Assembly: GCF_009914755.1 (NCBI RefSeq)
Contig: NC_060927.1
Direction: 5' to 3' (one strand)
DNA from: the human T2T-CHM13v2.0 reference genome, Homo sapiens
DNA: 64,000 bases
Shown here one piece after another: positions 28,231-42,950 of the stretch. Positions within the stretch are counted from its first letter, which is position 1. The number at the start of each line of letters is the position of its first letter. A program made the position numbers and the translations under genes. Under the pieces are notes generated by a model. It saw only the letters and a list, made by a program, of their open reading frames with translations, was not told the DNA's origin and made no database searches.

Positions 28231-31200
28231 CCCTCTGGTAATCTTTGCTGCTCTTCACACAGCCCAGATGGCATTCCCTGTCACTGCCCACTCCACAAGC
28301 CCCACCTCACATCCTTTTTTTTTGCACCAGCTCTACCTGCCTACAGAAGAGCCATTAGGTAGAATAATATTTGTATAATACTAACCAGAATTTCCCTCCA
28401 TATTATAACTTCCTCCTTGGTCTATCCTCAACTTTGTGAAGCTCACATTATTCTGTTTTATGGACTTAGAGAAGGAATGTACCTTCAGACAGTAGGAAAC
28501 AGAGGCAGCTCCTCCTAGAAAAGTAGAAAAAACACTGAAGCACAAATATTTGGTTACAAAGATTCCCTCAAGAAACTTCAGAATGAGTTCCCAGTTAGGG
28601 GAGAAGAAAAAGTCCGAGAGAGAGTAATGAGAACAGAAATATTGGTGGGTAGCAGACAGATGAGCTCTGTGCACTATGACTTAGGTCAAAGCTTTAGGGA
28701 GAGAGTAAAAATCCCAAATAGTTTTATGGGACCTGAGAGCAGAAAGGACCTGAGGCTGTTCCTAGGTCCGTGGAGATGTAGTCCCTGGAGAAGTGGCAAT
28801 ACCTTGAAGAAAAAAATGACTGTATTTAGGTAGGATGAGGCCTTAGCAGCCTAACCACCCACTTAGAAAGACCTGGAATTAAAGAAGGAAACAGCCAATC
28901 ATGAAAAGACCTTGCAGAGGGAGTCGAGAAAGACTCCTATGGGCTTTTCACCAAGGATAAAAGAGGATGGCATTGTGGACCAAATGCCTTGCTCCCTCAA
29001 TGTTCTCTTCAACAAGCTCCCCCTGAAACATAAAAATTCATGGAAAAGGAAAGAGAAGCCCAAATGACAAAGATTAACCTTCCATCTCCTTAATAAGAGG
29101 TGGTAGGTTCTAATTCTAGAAAAATAAAGCAAAAAAAGCACACCTGAATGTGTACTGTGTGATTCAGGGTCACATATACTTAATGTTTCACACTGATAGA
29201 GATTTCCAGAGAGAGGTGGGTGCATACAATAGAATAAATACTATATGGCATTGGTTTCATTATCAATTCTAATTTCTGTTGTCTTGAAATTATATTATAT
29301 ATTAGATCCTTGTTAAATGCATTGAAAGGGACTAAGAGAGCTATTAGGTAAATGGAAATTGTTACAAATGGGAGTTGCCATTCATTCATTTAAACCTTAC
29401 TGAGCACCTACTATAGGACAAACATTGTGTTCAAAGTTGGGGTTACAGAAATGAAAAGGATGTAGTCTTTGCCCTTGAAAACGAAGCTCACATTCAAACA
29501 GCTTTACAACAGACATGATTTCTTTGTTTCATAGACTTGGTCTTAGGTTCATAGCTAGACACATGCCAATGTGTGGGAAATCTGGTCAGTTTGGAAGAAG
29601 TACGCTCTTAGAGTTCTTCATTCAAACACATAATGATTCCTGTGGCAATTTTCTCCTTCTGTGAGTTGGTCAACAGACAAAAGAGAAAGCTTTGAAACAC
29701 ATACACATGTATCCATGCACACCATCTCTATATTCTGGAATAGAGCATGCTGCCACCACATAATATATTTAGACAAAAACCACTTACTTTATAGTGATCT
29801 TTGTTCACATGAGATCTCCAGTAATAAATAGTATTGCCAATTTCTTCTTTTGTTTGATGTCAGTATAAGATATTCATTTAGAAAATGCACTGGATATAAT
29901 GTCACCTTAATTATGGTATGGGAAAGTTTAATGAAAATAAATTCCCCTTTCTAGCCTTAGGCTTTAATGCCACTAGTCTCTTCTGTTTATTCCAAAGAAT
30001 TACATTCTGGCACCCACGAAAATCACATAACAAATGCATAACTAATGCGACATTCACACAAAACATTACATTAGTTCCATATGATCAGCTCTATTCCAGT
30101 GAACATCAAACCAAATCACGTTATTGTAATGTGAGTTGTGATTTAATATCCTAATTTGTAAGTAGTTTTGTCTGAACCTAACATGTTGTTTACACCACTC
30201 ATGGTGGTTTCAAAGACATAGTACACGCACACTTTATTTGGCTTGGCTACCTCTGTCCAATGCCCCCACATAGACACAACCCTAAGTAATATATCAAATA
30301 ATATTAATATTTTACTACTAAATATGTTCTCAACCATCTTCCTACCAGCTGCCAAATTACAGACAGGCATCAGTTGATTTTTTTCAATAACTCAAAAATC
30401 CGTATAATGTAACATGCCTCAGAGTTTGGAGAACTAAAAATTAGGAGGAAAACAGGTTATAATCCCAGCCCAGGGAAATTTAACAGCTGCATAGTATTAT
30501 TATGAAGTGAGGTTAAAATCATTCCATGAGCAAAAGTCCAGTCTATTTTGAAATGAGACATTCTTTCTGCCTGAAGTCTTTTCCTCCCACTTTATATGGT
30601 TGGCTCAGTGGCATCCTGTAGGTCTCAGCTCAGTTGTTAGCTCCTAAGAAGGCCTCTGACTCCCCTATTTAGAGCAGGCCCCTCTGTATCAGTTACTCCC
30701 TATCACGTCACTCTGTTTGGTGATCTCAACTACCTGCCTGCTCTCCCTTTTTCCTTAGCAATCGAATTGCTACCTAATTTCTAGGTAAGCCTATGGCCAA
30801 CTAGAATGATGTCTTCCTATTCCAGCTTTCCCTTCAGTCACAAACTACATTCTTACTGTTGGGACAAAACACTAATTACCCTTACAGGGAGGAGATATGG
30901 CCCTCTTCTCACCTTTGTCCTCTATGCAGATGTAATGGCTGAAGGCCAAGCAGCCATCTTTGGTCTACGAGGTAGAAAGCATACGTTGAGAATGATGAAC
31001 AAATCTGGATCTTTGATGAATTCATGAAGCTGCCTTATGCATACTTGAAGAACCTATCTCTGACCTTTAATGTGAGAAAGAGAGAAATAAACTTCCTAAG
31101 CTACAATTAACATTCAACTTATATAGCAACTGCTCCAGCATATAAACCTGTTCCAACCGAACAAAATAGGGCACTGGTCAATCAGAATTGATGCCAGTGT

Positions 31201-32688
31201 TAAAAAATTGTAGCTGCCCCTATATATAGGCTGAATCACAACACAGGCTTGGTTAAAGCCAAATGATTTTGAATCTTCTGTCACTTGCAGCTAAACCTAA
31301 TCCTATGAAGTATATTTCATTTTCTTTATAACCCTGGTTGTAGTCTCTGATTATCTTTTCATTGTTTTACTTGTTCATTATCTTTCCCTCCCCTTAAAAT
31401 CTAATCTCTATGAGGGCAGAGACTCCTCTGGGGTTTGCTGCTGGAACATTGCTCTGTTGAATGTTAAAAGAATGAATGAACTATTTCTTTAATTTTTTAT
31501 TGCGAGATATAATATTTTGGGAATTGCAGATCTGGAGGAGTGAAAAGAATTCTATTTGGAGAACTAGGGTTGGCAGTGGAATTGACAAAAGTTTTTTTTT
31601 CTCCCAGACTCAAAAAAAAAAAAAACCTGATGAAATTAGTGGTAGATAAAAATTCATTTCTAGCTTCTAACAAGGAATCACAAACAATGGAGGACATATA
31701 AAGAGAGTAGCAGCTTTATTAATAATACTTTCCTACTCCAGTCGTGATCTTTTGATGACAACCCTACCGGAGACACTCTTTATCAGGCACTAAAGCAATT
31801 TAGATGCTGTCACATGCCTTTCTTGATATATACGTATTAGACATAAAGCAGTTTTCTGTTCTTTAGCTTATTTTAGTATATAATTAAAACTCTGACTGTC
31901 TGCTACTAAGCAACGGAGCATGGCAGAGGTTGATCACATCCTATCACAAAGATAGAAAGAAGAAAAATAATAAAAATAATCATACACATTCCTGTAATCA
32001 GTCTTCAGATCTTAATTATGTTTTAACTCCTTTGTTATGCCAAAGGCAATGCCTATTGGCATTTAAAGGACACTCTCACTTTTCTGCCTAAGTTCAATCT
32101 AGTTCTTTAATTTGGATCCTAGTCTATTTATGAAATTCTTTGGGGGGCATTTAAGGTCATAAGGGGTGATAGAAAACTGAGATAGGACTCAGGAGGTTTA
32201 AGATCCATTCAGCCCTCAGACTGGTTTATTGTGCCCAGGGGTGCAGCCAAATTCTCTCCTCTGAGGTACAGAGGCTGTGGTGGGGTGCATGCAAGACTGG
32301 AGGAGGATGGGGGAAGAAGGAGGCAGGGTTTGCAACATTGGTGGGTGAGCAAGTGCACACGTACACAAAACAGCCCTCTACCACCTTTCTATGTGTCTTA
32401 AGGTCTGACCTCTGAAGCTTCAATTGTATATTTCACTCTGATTCCAAAGATGCTTTTCATCAGAGCCTTAATTTTTACATTAATGGTATTTCTTTAAAAT
32501 TGTTGAAGTGTATCTGTTTTGGAGAATACGCTTAGGGATAATAACTCATGCTTCTGTTCTGGCCCCCTCCTTCCTCAACTTCCAAAAAGACTTCAAAATA
32601 TAAGTCGCATTTACTCATTCATTCATTCCCTCAACTATTAATTTTCCAAGCCCCCATTTTGTACCATTTTATGTTCTAGGGCTCATAT

Positions 32689-33185
32689 TGTCACTCATGG
32701 GTGGGTTCCATTGCTTGGTGGGTGATAGTCAGATGACCACAACCGAGAAGGATTTATTAAACAGATATTATTACTATTACTTACAACAGGTAAGGAGGGC
32801 ACTGGGCATAGTTCCCAAAGCAGTAGCTCTCCAAACAAAGGTAAAAACAGGGCTTTTCTTGGGCTTGTTAGCTGAGTCATTGTATGTAGAGCTGGCGTCA
32901 CCACAGCGTGTGTGCAGTCACTGATCATGCTTCCACATACATCACGTGTATAGAAAATGGCCAATAAGCTCCTCCCTGGGCAGGGTTTTTAGTAGGGCAA
33001 TGAGGGGAGTTCACTAAAGTTCATGTCTAACTCAGGCATCTCTGGATCCAACCCATTTTTGCTATTCCAGGGCTGAGCTTCTTCCTGGAACATTCATGAA
33101 ACAACAAGAACTCAAGGTGTAACAGTTACAAATAGGTACTTTTTCCCAGTGTATACTCTGAAACCCAGGGACCTTGATTACATAA
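32689..33185. mobile_element. Probable ERVL-class solo LTR (family uncertain)
   Basis: ~500-bp TG...CA block with LTR-like composition interrupting an L2-like sequence. Confidence 0.4.
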
Positions 33186-34301
33186 TGGTGAACAAATCCA
33201 TTACCTTTGCCTTTGTGGAGCTTCCATTCTATAGTGAAAGACAGCCAGTAAGTAAGAGGGGCTCTTTACAAATAGGAATGGATTATTAGTGCATATTGAA
33301 CTCTCACTATGCTAGACTTACAGTCAATTCATGGTGTTATTTACTCCTCTCACCAACCAATGAAAGAGGTACGGAGGCTGTACAATGGTAGCACATTGCC
33401 TGGGCTTGCAGCCTGCCTCTGCCACTTACTCTGTGTAATCTTAAGCAAGTTCCTGAATCTTTGCTTGCCTCGGTTTCTTTATCTGTCAAATGGGTATCCT
33501 ACTTTATATAGGGTTGTTGGGAGAATCATGCATCTGTAGCTCTCACAGCAGTGCTCAGCATTTTGTTCAATTTTCCAGATAAATAAATCAAGGCATAGAC
33601 AGATTAAATAATTTGTCCCAATCCATTCAGCTAATAAAAAGTGGGAACCAAAATTCCAACCCCAGTCTCTGACTGTACCACGTGTGCCCTTACCCACGAT
33701 TCAGCTTTGTTCTTCCAGCAAGGTCTCTTCGCCTCTTGGAAGATCAGTTTCTCCACCTGCAATCTGGGCATAAATTGCCTCCCTCCCACCTAGTCTGTTG
33801 TGAGAATGAACCATGATAAGGTATTTTAAAGTGCTTTGAAAACTGTAAAGCACCACAGAAAATGTGTCTATTATTGTTATATTTATATTTTTATATTTAC
33901 CACTTTAATTTGAGTGTGATAAGTTGTGTTTGCATATTTGTCATATAAGGCTTTCTGTTTAATCCATCATGGTTCACATAGAACCTGTTAGCCAGCCTGG
34001 GAGCCTCTGTAGTGCTTTCTTAAACTTTCATTAGTCAACCCCACTTTTTGAAGATGATCCCTGTCAGTTCTCCTCCAAGTGGAAGAGGAAATACAGAAGA
34101 TAGGAACTGAAACCATCTACTGTTTCGGATACTTGTTAAACGTTCTGTGAAAGTTTTAGTTGTTTGGGCAGATGGTGAAAGCACTTCAAAATCCTGGGGA
34201 CAGAATTCAACATGAGTGAGCCCAAGTAAGGGGGAGTTCATTGAAACGATAAAGGGGCATCTCAGCAAATCTGGAGAAGCCAAGCATTTAAGCATGCCTT
34301 A

Positions 34302-34708
<407 letters not shown>

Positions 34709-35984
34709 CTAATGCTGTCATGTCATTTGGGGAAAGATTTCATTCTGGAGATGTCATGTGCCTCCACAAAAGGAAACGATATGACTTCTTTAACTAAATT
34801 CAAAGTATTCTGTTTTGACCCAGATGTATATAGATCAACACAAGTCCTTATCAATATACAGCATAAGAGGAGGTATTTAATGTCTCTTTATTCAGAGTTG
34901 TGGTACTGCACCACCCAAAGATTTCTAACCACGTGAGATTTTTGAGAGCCCAGACCCAGAAGACATTCTTTGGGGGGACATAAAAAAGGATGCTGATCAG
35001 TCCCCAGTTAAGGTCATACAAGGAAATAGAAATAATCTGGAATTAGGGAGGCCAGTCAAAATTCTGCTAAAATGATGAGCTACATTAGGAAAAATTCAAA
35101 AGTACCATTTATCTGCAGATGTCTATGCATTTGAACAGAGAGATATTCTGAGCCATTCCACTCACAGAGAGACTGATAACTACTTTAAAAAGTAACCTGT
35201 AGGTTGCTACATTTAGGAAGGTCCTTAATAAATATTATGGATGGCGATATAACTGATGCTTAAATATCTGTAATATGGGGTTGAGGGCAGAAAAAAAAAA
35301 TCAGAGTTGGATATACTGCATTGAAAATAAAATTCCACCCAAAATATCAAAAACATAGAAATTGTACAGAGGCAGGTGAGCAAGAGGAGCGAATTCTTAA
35401 GAATACAAGGTGGCCTGCTTCATCGTTCTTTCTCAGACTTTTATAATCTTCCTTTGTATTAAAAAACTAAAGCCGACATGGCCTCTTGTCTCTGTCCCCG
35501 ACTCAACACCTGAACCATATATATATATTATTCTGCTTCTCTACAGAGGTCAACTGGCACGTGTGTTTATTTATATGCAAAGATCCTCAATTGGCTGCCC
35601 CAGAAAGAGACAGCATGTGCAGAAAAGATTTAGAGAGATCCCAAATGGGACACAGAGAGAACGCAATTGGTTGTCATTTATCAATGAATCAGCTCCTCAG
35701 GAATGAGATGTCTGTCCTTGTCCTGATCAGCTATGATAGGGATAGAGCCACCTTGCAAGACTTTTTTCTCTTTAATCAATAAAGAAGTTGTGAGTTGGGC
35801 ACCCTTTCCATAATTTCTCTATTTTTGGTAATTTGGGTGGAATTTTATTTCTCATGCAGTGTATCCAACTCTGATTTTCTCTCTCTCAATTCCACATTAT
35901 AGATAGTTAAGCATCAGTTATACAATCACCCCTAATATTTATTAAGGACATTCTTAAATGGGGCAATGTATTGATTACTTTTTA

Positions 35985-36108
35985 TTTATTTTTTATTATA
36001 CTTTAAGTTCTAGGGTACATGTGCACAACTTGCAGGTTTGTTACGTATGTATACATGTGCCATGTTGGTGTGCTGCACCCATTAACTCATCATTTACGTT
36101 AGGTATAT
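35985..36108 (-). mobile_element. Very short L1PA 3'-end insertion
   Basis: TTATTATACTTTAAGTTCTAGGGTACATGTGCAC...; TSD GTAT(T/A)GATTACTTTTTA. Confidence 0.9.
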
Positions 36109-37721
36109 GTATAGATTACTTTTTAAAGTAGTTATTAGTCTCTTTGTGATGGAGTGGCTCAGAATATTATACACCTGAAGATTCTCTCTTATCAATGACC
36201 AGCCGTGAACATCCTCAGTGTGACACCTTGAAAAAAGAATTTACATCTGAATCTGTGTTTTATGCTTCTAGTCAATCTACCAACTTTTGGTACCACTATA
36301 CTTAAAATACTACAAGGAACAACATAATCTGTGCCCTCAAGGAGTTTTAATCTGGAGTGAATCATGACATATATAAGATTTTAACATTTTCTCCAAGCCC
36401 AGCTGTGAAATGAATAACTAAATTGGCTCCTCAAAACAACAACAAAAAAATGCCTTTAAAATATCTTCTGTTAGCTTGCATGCAAAAGTTTTAACTACTC
36501 TCTTCCTAACTAACTCTTTTCTGGCGAGGTTATGCTTTAGCTGCCACCACTCAGGAAAGCATTATAATTGTAGCACTAGCTTAGCCAAAAGGCCAAGTTT
36601 TTGCTTTAGGATAAACTTGTTAAAATTGGGAACTCAGCCAGGGTCATGCATCTAAGAACATTGTGAAAGCATCTTAGGGTTGTTCATCTAGCTATGGTCT
36701 AATTAATTTTCAAATGGACAAAGTAGTTTCTTGGGCCATATAACAAGCATTTTCATTCATTTAAGTGAAGCTGGATTTGGCTCAAAGCAGGGTCATGAGA
36801 AATTCTAATGGCTCCTTCTCTTCTTTGTGTGTCCTCAGGAGAGCTTCCTCGATGTCAACAATGCAAGATTTGTGCTGCGGGCAATTGGAGTAGAATCAGC
36901 TTCCTGAGAGCCAAGTTCTTTGACTTCCCCTAGAAGGAAAGGGTATGGAACCAAGCATATGGGAAGGCTCTCTAGGCCCTTTTACATTATTGGATTTAGC
37001 TACGCTCACATAATGAAATTGTTGAGATTGTTTAAACCTTCTGCAGGGACTTCTGTTAGCAGAAAAGAAACTTGTACTAAAGCCATAAGAAGATTGTATT
37101 ATAGATATAATGGAATCTTTTTTATCTTTTGCCTGGTTTTCTGCACAGGACTGACATATTTTTCTGGGCATGAAGCCAAAGGTCTATTTAATTTCTACTT
37201 AAAATTTCCCATGGCCACTAATACTCTCCCCCTAGATAGCTGCTTTATAAATGAATAAATAAAGACAAAGCCACTAGAAAGGTTGTGAATCCTTGTAAGC
37301 TTTTTTTTTTTAAGGTGGCTATTTTGCACTCCAATAACATCTATAAAAAGCGTGTTCCTGAATCTTTAGGACAATGCTTCACTGCTATCAATCAAACTTC
37401 CGTAAAATATTGAACTTATCTTTGTCCTAAGACCACAGCCATGATTAAATAAGACTTGAATATAAAAATGCAGGTTTACTTGCATCAGATGAGTTCTCGT
37501 GAACATATGAGGTTATATCACTCCTATTTTTACTGCATTTAGGATTTTTGAGTGGTAATAATGTTTTTCAATTTAAAACTGACTTATTTTTATTTTTCTA
37601 GGAGGTTTTTGCCAATTAGGTGACAGGTTTTTTTTGTTTGTTGTTTTGTTTTTGTTTTTGTTTTTGAGAGAGAGAGAGAGCAAGAGTGAGAGAGAGATTG
37701 AAGTCGGGGAGAGAACCCAGA

Positions 37722-38156
37722 TGTTAGAAACTGGCCCAAGCAGTCAGCTTCTCATAAAGGACCATCCTGACAGTTTGACTGTAAAAAAGGCACCCCATTG
37801 AGCACTACATGTTCCAGGAAATGGCTGGCCACGGAAAACCTTCTGTTCCTAGCATTCATTTCCAGAATGTCCCCAGACTGCTTGTTTGCTCCCTCCCAGC
37901 CAACAAAGGGCAGTCAAATGTACCTGAAGATCAATTAGAAAGTCACCCTGGCTTCCAGAAATCTCACCTTTATAGAACCCTCAGCAGTCAGAGGCTGTCT
38001 CAGCCTATCCTTTTTTATTCTATAAAAATCACTCTCCTCTCTAACACCCGGGAACCCTGCTGAAACGAAACTGACAGCAGATGGGTTCCCTTGCCATCAA
38101 TTTATGAATAAACAGCCTTTGTTCATTTTGTCTCGAACTTAGTTTTGTCTTTGACA
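37722..38156 (+). mobile_element. Probable ERV solo LTR upstream of the SAMMSON promoter (family undetermined)
   Basis: TG...TTGACA, TATAAAA 38021-38027, AATAAA 38107-38112, CAGATGT at both boundaries. Confidence 0.55.
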
Positions 38157-38661
38157 GATGTAACCATGACTTAAAGCAATACCCGGCTTGTAGAAGAAGT
38201 ATTTACTTATTCAACAAATATCTACTAAGTACCTACTAAGTGCCAGGCACTATTCTCAGCACTGAGACGTAAGATACGTAATTTGTCATTGGTGACTCAC
38301 TTCTTGTGAATCCAAGAGCTCCATAAATAGTGGTCATTTATTATTAACAATCCTTTCTGAGATAAAAACCTGCTTTTTATAGTTTACGGAGAAGTAGCTT
38401 TTGTTTTATAAGTGTAACTGCAACCAAATAGTTCCCACATGATATCATAGCCCACTTGTGATACGGGAGTACCGGGAACGGAAGAGCGTGGTCCCTTTAA
38501 ATGATACGGAAGTGGGGAAGGGAAGTGAGGGGTAGAGGAAGGCGGGTCCCTGGCTCGGCTCTACCCCCATGGATCTAGGTGAGGACAGGCGCTCCTGCTT
38601 TCCCGCCCAAATGTTGTATTTTCCAAGCCTACCCTTGCCGGCCACGCCCCCAACCTGGGCC

Positions 38662-38668
38662 TATAAAA
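38662..38668 (+). promoter_or_regulatory. SAMMSON: TATA box of the LTR1 / SAMMSON promoter
   Basis: TATAAAA preceded by GC boxes (CCCGCCC, CCACGCCCC); SAMMSON is known to initiate in an LTR1 element. Confidence 0.75.
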
Positions 38669-38694
38669 ACCGCCCCCCGCAGGCCCTAGCGGGC

Positions 38695-39041
38695 AGACAC
38701 ACTGAAGTCGCTAGACATTTGAGGAACACATCCGGGGAAGAAGACACAGGTGGCTGGTCATGGAGAGCCCGCTGGGGGAAGAGCACACAGACAGGCACCG
38801 GCAGGCCATTGACCAGCGGGACAAGGTGGAGTTTGGCTGGGGCAGTGGGAGGAGAGCTGGGGCCGCCGAGCTGCCCTACTCCAGGGGAAAACCACCTCCC
38901 TTCTCGCTCCCCCATCACCGGAGAGCTACTTCCACTCAATACAACTTTGCACTCATTCTCCAAGCCACGTGTGACCAATTTTTCCGGTACACCAAGGCGA
39001 GAAATCCGGGGATACAGAAAGCCCTCTGTCCTTGCGATAAG
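38695..39041 (+). ncRNA. SAMMSON: SAMMSON exon 1 (TSS approximate)
   Basis: ~31 kb downstream of the MITF end, downstream of TATA; contains GTCGCTAGACATTTGAGGA recognised as SAMMSON; donor AAG|GTAGAG (inferred). Confidence 0.7.
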
Positions 39042-40409
39042 GTAGAGGGTCCAATTGAGCTAACACAAGCTGCCTATAGACGGCAAACTAAGAGAGCACC
39101 CAGTAACACACGCCTGCTGGGGCTTCAGGAGCACACACGTCCACTGGGGCTTCGGGAGCTGTAAACAGTCAGCCCTAGACACTGTCGTGGGATCGGAGCC
39201 CCACAGCCTGCCTGTCTGTATGCTCCTCTAGAGGTCTGAGCAGCGGGGCGCTGAAGAAACGAGCCACACTCCCATCACACGCCCTGAGAGGAGGACAAGG
39301 GAACCCGTACCGTTTCACTTGTGATAGAGATAAAGTTATTATTGTTGTAATTTTAACTTATAGAACTATAATATAATGGTACAATGATATATATTGACAA
39401 TATTCCTCTTTCACCCACATTTTGTATCTGTGTTCAAGATTAAATGAAAAAGGATATTCTCAAAAAGCTAGCAAAACCAAAAGCAAGACGTTATGCCAAA
39501 TGTAAACATATTTCTGTTTAGCAAATAGCAGGAGTGTATAAAACATTTCTCTTTTCACATAACAGAATGTTCTATGCTTACTGTATTAGTTAACAAATTC
39601 AAGTCTGTTTATTTTGTTTGAAATTCCACTTCATCCATAAATTACAGCATTACACAATAACACCAGAAGGACAATATCACCATTGTTTGCTTTTACAGTC
39701 ATCTCAGCCCACAAAATGCTTCCCATTGTCAGCTTGCTATCATCAAGCTATTGTTGTTTTCCTCTTTCTGGGGTCTTGTATTAATATCATTCAAATTATT
39801 TAGACACTCAACAGTGTTTTTGCTATCAGTGCAAACCTCTAAAGAGCTGGAGCCCCAGCGTGATGACCAAATAACCCTTGACTATTTATCTTGCCGTAAG
39901 TCATTATTTCCTGAGGCCCTGGAGAAGCTGTGTTGCCATGTGTGCACTGCAGGGACGGGGAGCTTCTCCTGCCGGAGCTGGTTTGTTCCACTGGACAATG
40001 AGCCCTTTTCTGCTTGGCTCTCTGTATGGGCACATACACAATGAGGCGGTTTAGGGAAGAGGGGTGATGTGGGTCATTGATAACAACAATCCCCGAACTT
40101 CTTAAAGAATTGTTGAGCCCCCTAAAAATATGTTGTCTTTATGAATTATCCTTAACCCTTTTTAACTGCATAAAAACTTCAGGCACTTGAAAAAAATTAA
40201 AAAACGAAAAGTAAGTCTGTCTCTAGTATCCCTCTTCTCCTTTGTAGAATTACATCCTTTATTCACTCTGCCACTATTTATTATGTGCCTCCTGTGTGTA
40301 AGACATACTGTTAGTCATTGGAAATACAGAAATGAATGGGACAGACACACTTCTTGCCCTCATGGAACTTAGGGCCTAATGGGAGATACAATGTTAAGGT
40401 TGTTTCTAG

Positions 40410-42950
40410 TGTTTTTTTTTTTTTTTAAGAATATGTTCTACATGTATACATGTAATATGTATTCTCTCCCATTTTTAAAAAACATAAATGGTGGTTTACT
40501 ATGTGTACGCTTTTTGGTTTTGCATTATTCTTTTAACAGTATGTAGAGGATGCATTTTCTACTGTATAGTGTTCTGTCCCCCTTAAATAGCACTCTGATT
40601 TTATTTTGGGGGGGAATCACGACTTTCTAATTTTGCATACTCCTTGTGGGATTGTAAATCAGGTCCCCTGTCCTCAAGTAGCCAATGGTTAGGTATGCAA
40701 CCCAGCTTATCTCTCTTTAGACTCAATCTCAAGCAGATCCAGAGTTACTCAGGATCAGAACAATATTTGAAAGGCATTACCAGAATCCAGACAAGATGAT
40801 GGAGCAATACCTGATGCCCAGTGGTCTAGGGTAGCCGATTCCTGTTCTGCTCTCCAGGCTCCTGTCCATTCTGTGGATCAACTCATATTGCTCCAATTCA
40901 TTTTGTTTTGCTTGCATAAGCCAGAATTAACTTCTGTTGCTTGTAAACAAAGAGAGTTAACCAAAGACATACAGTATATCAGAGTATAGAGACCTACTTT
41001 ACTCTCGGTCATTGCCTGCATGAGTCTTCTTTATATGGATGTATCACAGTTTATTTAACCACTCCCTTGTAAGTGGACATTTAAGTCTAGTGTTCTGTAA
41101 ATAAAAGGTCAGAATATACGTCTGTATACAGTATATATTCTTGCATATCCACCTTTGGACAGATGTGTGAATGTGTTTTGTAGAAATACATTTGTAGAAA
41201 TGCAACTGCTGGGTCAAAGAATTAGTAGATTTTTAATAACATCAAACAGCGTTGAAGGCCCCCATATAAGAATAACAACTACTGACTGAAGACATAACTA
41301 ATTAAAAAAATTAATTACAGCTTATTTGTAATAACTTCTTATTGTCACTGAGTGAAAAGGTAATTCTCGTTGAATTTACGAAAAGTGACTAATAGGAAAT
41401 TTAGAAAACTCAGAGAATATATAAAAACACAAAGAAAAGCCAGCCACCAAGTCGCTTATAATTCTCTCACCAACAGTGGCAGAATTACATTTAGTCATCA
41501 TCATTATTCTTACATCCAGTTTTATAGTTATTTTTGAAGAGGATTATTATCAACTATCAACTCTGTCATAGCTGGAAGTAGAGGCCACTAAAACAGATTT
41601 CTTAAACTCCAAGTACTGTATATGGATTTTCTACTTTTTTTTGTTTTTGATTACTAATTTAGTTGCTAGAGGTCAGAGAACATACTCTATATGGTTCCAA
41701 CCTCTTGAAATTTATTAGGAGTTACTTCATGGCCTGTTATCAATTGTGGTTACATTTTACATGTGCCTGTGAAGAATGTGCCTTATCTAGTTTGGGACAG
41801 TATTCTATGTACTTGCTTTGAATTGGGTTTGCTAGTTGTGTTCTTCAGATCTTTTACATCTATACTGATTTTGTTCAGTTGGCCTGATAGTAGCAGAGAA
41901 ATAGATGTTAAAATATCCTACTATGATTGTGGATTTACCTACTACTTGTTATAATTCTGTTAATTTTTGATTCATGTATTTTGAGGTTATGTTGTTAGGT
42001 GCATACAAATTTAGAATTCCTGCATTTTCCTGAGGAGTAAATATTTGTTATTTATTTGCCTCTGTTTACTCCAATAGTACTTTTGACAGAAAATATATTT
42101 TGTTTTATTTCACAGTTTCCATTTTGTTAGTTTATATGGCATGTATTTTTACTCTTTTTAAAAATATTTTGCCTTCAACCATTATACTTAATGCCTTTTA
42201 AACAGTGTATAGTGGTTTGTTTTGTTTTGTTTTTAAATCCAGTTGGATAGTCTTTGTCATTTAAATGGAGCATTTAGTACATTTATAGTTAATGTAATTA
42301 TTGATATATTACAGAGTGTCTCCTATCTATCTAGCCTATCCCCTCTTCTTTTTCTTTTCTCTTTTATGTTTTTGGATAAATTTTATTGAAGAGTTTTTCT
42401 TATCTCATGCTTTGCTCTAGGAGTTTGAAAGTTTTACTTATATTATTTTGGTATTTACATGGTTATTAAATCTATCTTTGACATATCAAAGTCTAATATT
42501 AGGACTTTTAACTTTATTATGAACATTAGTGATAGCCACTTTAATGCTATTTATTCTCTACTGATTAATATGACATTGTGTATTTTAATTTTATATATTA
42601 CAAAAGCCAGTAAGACATTAGTATTATTGTTTTGTACATTCAGTATTCATTTTGACACATCACATATTTACCATATTTTTTTTGCTCTTTACTCTTTTTG
42701 TATGTCTGTTCTTTCATCTGGGATAATCTTCCTTCAGCTTAAAGAATACTTTTTAATATATTTTTTAGTAAGTATCTGGTGACAAATTCTTCTAGTCTTT
42801 TAGAATGAAAATGTCTTTATTTTGGCTTCATTGGGAATTAATTTTTTTAATTTGCCAGTTTGACAGGTGATAATGGTATTATACTGCTTTAATTTGCATA
42901 TATTTTATATATTTACTATCTTTTTTCTTTCTTCTCTTGGGTACTTAATT
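40410..42950 (-). mobile_element. Degraded L1M fragments with a nested MLT1-like LTR (~40560-40960)
   Basis: T-rich antisense L1 motifs (TTATTTAACCACTCCC...GGACATTTA, GCTGGGTCAAAG, TTAGGTGCATACAAATTTAGAATT); boundaries approximate. Confidence 0.55.

Larger units (their letters stand above)
38459..39317 (+). mobile_element. Solo LTR1 (LTR1A-type, ERV1)
   Basis: TGATACGG start, CCGTTTCA end, 4-bp TSD CTTG (38455-38458, 39318-39321); CpG-rich. Confidence 0.9.

Noticed and set aside
29400-30550. Repeat-poor stretch (also ~14400-14830, ~25300-25700, ~35500-35800) as an enhancer
   Set aside because: Cannot be supported without conservation or chromatin data; the motifs seen are at chance frequency.
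38569-39045. 158-aa ORF in LTR1
   Set aside because: Its ATG is upstream of the TATA box, so it is not in the predicted transcript; no domain similarity.
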